The notes below the pieces were generated by a model. It was given only the letters and a program-made list of their open reading frames with translations, was not told the DNA's origin and searched no databases. From Clostridia bacterium (lineage in GTDB: Bacteria; Bacillota; Clostridia; Monoglobales; Monoglobaceae): a DNA stretch of 24,000 bases. Shown piece after piece: positions 22,380-24,000 of the stretch (position 1 is the stretch's first letter; each line of letters opens with the position of its first letter). The DNA lies in the NCBI GenBank assembly GCA_045648565.1, contig JAZROF010000064.1:8969-32968 (forward strand). The letters run 5' to 3'. Position numbers and translations under genes: made by a program.

Positions 22380-23636
22380 GTGAAATACTTAGATGCATAT
22401 ATAAAGAGGACAATAAAATATTTTAAAATATTGATAAAATGGTTAATTGTTTCACTAATCATAGGAGCAATTGGTGGATTTATAGGGAGCTTTTTTCATA
22501 TAAGCATTGATTTTGTAACAAATTTAAGAGAAAAAAATGGCTTTATAATTCTTTTTCTTCCCATAGCAGGACTTATAATAGCGGGACTGTATCACCTTTT
22601 TCAGACGAAAGGGAAAATTGATACCAATCAGGTAATAGAAGCTGTCAGAAACAATGACAAGGTTCCCTTTGTAATGATGCCTCTTATATTTATAAGCACA
22701 GTTATAACGCATATGTTCGGCGGCTCTTCAGGACGAGAAGGAGCGGCACTTCAACTTGGCGGAAGTCTTGGTTATAATTTGGGGAAGGTTTTAAAATTCA
22801 GTAAAAATAATATGCGGATACTTATTATGTCGGGGATGAGCAGTGTGTTTTCGGCATTATTCGGAACACCGCTTACTGCAGCTGTCTTTTCTATGGAGGT
22901 TACAAACGTAGGAGAGTTTCAATATGCAGGAATTGTGCCTTGTGTATTTTCATCAATAATCTCCTTTTTTATCAGCCAAAAATTAGGATTAAGGGCTGTT
23001 AAATTTGATGGGATTATTCCCGAAACATTTGGCTTATTGAATATAGGTAAAATTATAGTTTTAGCACTTTTGTGTGCAATAGTGTCCATAATTTTTTGTA
23101 TGGCTATTAAGAAAAGTGAATTTTTGATGTCAAAGCTTTTTAAGAACAGATATGTTCGTGCTTTTATTGGCGGGTTAATAATTGTGGGTTTAACTATTTT
23201 AGTTAATTCCCAGGATTATAACGGAGCCGGAATGAATGTTATTACACGGGCTATGACTGGTAGTGTTAACAAAGAGGCGTTTATATTAAAGATTGTTTTT
23301 ACAGCGTTAACTGTAGCCTCAGGCTTTAAAGGCGGTGAAATTGTTCCGGCTTTCTTTGTCGGGGCAACCTTTGGAAGTGCAGTGGCACCGATTTTGGGAA
23401 TAAATCCTATGTTTGCCGCTGCAGTGGGAATGATTACACTGTTTTGCTGTGTTGTAAACTGCCCAATTGCATCAATATTATTATCTTTAGAGGTCTTTGG
23501 TGCAGAGGGATTGGTATTCTTTGCAATAGCAGTTGCTATTGGATATATGATGTCAGGTAATTTTGGACTGTATAACAGGCAAAAAATTCTTTATTCGAAG
23601 CTTGATTGTGAAGTTATTGATAAATATACAAGATAA
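22380..23636 (+). CDS. CLC-family anion channel/antiporter, short form without CBS domains, with CLC-F-like motifs
   Basis: GSSGREGAALQ at 22731-22745 carries the gating Glu (E120). GTPLTAAVF is present. GGEIVP at 23331-23348 replaces the canonical GxFxP. GTG start with GAAGGA about 10 nt upstream; there is no in-frame ATG nearby. Confidence 0.88.
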   Translation: MKYLDAYIKRTIKYFKILIKWLIVSLIIGAIGGFIGSFFHISIDFVTNLREKNGFIILFLPIAGLIIAGLYHLFQTKGKIDTNQVIEAVRNNDKVPFVMMPLIFISTVITHMFGGSSGREGAALQLGGSLGYNLGKVLKFSKNNMRILIMSGMSSVFSALFGTPLTAAVFSMEVTNVGEFQYAGIVPCVFSSIISFFISQKLGLRAVKFDGIIPETFGLLNIGKIIVLALLCAIVSIIFCMAIKKSEFLMSKLFKNRYVRAFIGGLIIVGLTILVNSQDYNGAGMNVITRAMTGSVNKEAFILKIVFTALTVASGFKGGEIVPAFFVGATFGSAVAPILGINPMFAAAVGMITLFCCVVNCPIASILLSLEVFGAEGLVFFAIAVAIGYMMSGNFGLYNRQKILYSKLDCEVIDKYTR

Positions 23637-23655
23637 AATTAATCGTATTAAGAAA

Positions 23656-23685
23656 CAAAAAACGAGGCATTTGCCTCGCTTTTTG
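23656..23685. terminator. Bidirectional rho-independent terminator
   Basis: CGAGGC (23663-23668) pairs with GCCTCG (23673-23678), flanked by an A-tract and a T-tract, between convergent genes. Confidence 0.75.
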
Positions 23686-23688
23686 TTT

Positions 23689-24000
23689 TTATAAGGAAAT
23701 ATATTGAGAGGGGTTTTGGGTTTCCCCGTGTCTGGTAACTTCAAAGTGAAGATGTGCTTTTTCATCTCCCTCTAAAACTGAGCTGTTTCCAACAGAACCG
23801 ATTGCATCTCCCTTTGTCACCTTTCTGCCAACCTCAATGAAATTTTTATCGGCAAGGTTTCCGTAAAGAGTTTTTATACTGCCCTCATGCCCGATTACAA
23901 CCACTATTCCTAACTTGTCATCTTCAAAAACCTCTTCAACAACTCCATCGGCTGAGGCAGAAACAATAGTGCCGTTTTTTGAGGCAATATCAATTCCCTG
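23689..24000 (-). CDS. M23 family metallopeptidase (LytM domain), C-terminal part; the gene continues beyond the window
   Basis: The minus frame is open to the window edge: QGIDIASKNGTIVSASADGVVEEV...VVVIGHEGSIKTLYGNL...GDAIGSVGNS....AHLHFEV..HGETQNP. The GIDI, HxxG and HLHFE motifs are M23 signatures. The track's start at 23904 is an internal GTG. Confidence 0.85.
   Translation of the reverse strand, partial: QGIDIASKNGTIVSASADGVVEEVFEDDKLGIVVVIGHEGSIKTLYGNLADKNFIEVGRKVTKGDAIGSVGNSSVLEGDEKAHLHFEVTRHGETQNPSQYISL

Noticed and set aside
22283-22426. 47-codon ORF (MAGGMVFMFLPNYG...) overlapping the CLC start
   Set aside because: The GGGGA is only 3 nt from the ATG, which is poor spacing. The ORF overlaps the CLC start in another frame and its composition is unconvincing.
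1-24000. CRISPR arrays, transposases/integrases, tRNA/rRNA genes, prophage or defence-system genes
   Set aside because: I looked for regularly spaced repeats, IS-like inverted ends, recombinase motifs and cloverleaf-like segments in all intergenic regions and found none. The only exact repeat is the 18-bp duplication at 6156-6191.

Overview
Low-GC Firmicutes (Clostridia-like) chromosomal segment, densely coding, with no mobile elements, CRISPR arrays, tRNAs or rRNAs that I can see. Layout: (1) partial MarR/FabT-like regulator (-) divergent from a rubredoxin gene (+), which converges on a PRC-barrel gene plus an untracked 44-aa membrane ORF (-). (2) Aspartate-family operon DUF1015-hom-thrB-lysC (+), with a strong internal SD+ATG in lysC at the kinase/ACT boundary. 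(3) A standalone 85-aa membrane-protein gene with its own promoter and terminator and a perfect 18-bp tandem duplication. (4) An ~11.5 kb co-directional, tightly packed 11-gene cluster: Amidohydro_2 hydrolase, an isopropylmalate-synthase homolog that has lost its catalytic motifs but keeps the LeuA regulatory domain, a xylose-isomerase-like TIM barrel fused to an AMP-forming acyl-CoA ligase, ilvE, a Cys-free P-loop NTPase, a four-subunit 2-oxoacid:ferredoxin oxidoreductase (delta/alpha/beta/gamma, VOR-like), an XRE-cupin regulator and a MACS/ACSM-type acyl-CoA ligase. I read this cluster as a candidate branched-chain acid to branched-chain amino acid (reductive carboxylation) module with several unexplained accessory proteins; it is the most interesting part of the window. 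(5) lrgA-lrgB (-). (6) A DUF1273/SLOG gene, then rpmH-rnpA-yidD-yidC-jag (+) without an adjacent dnaA. (7) A short CLC-family transporter with CLC-F-like motifs (+), converging on a partial M23 peptidase (-). All product calls come from reading the translations by eye; no searches were run.
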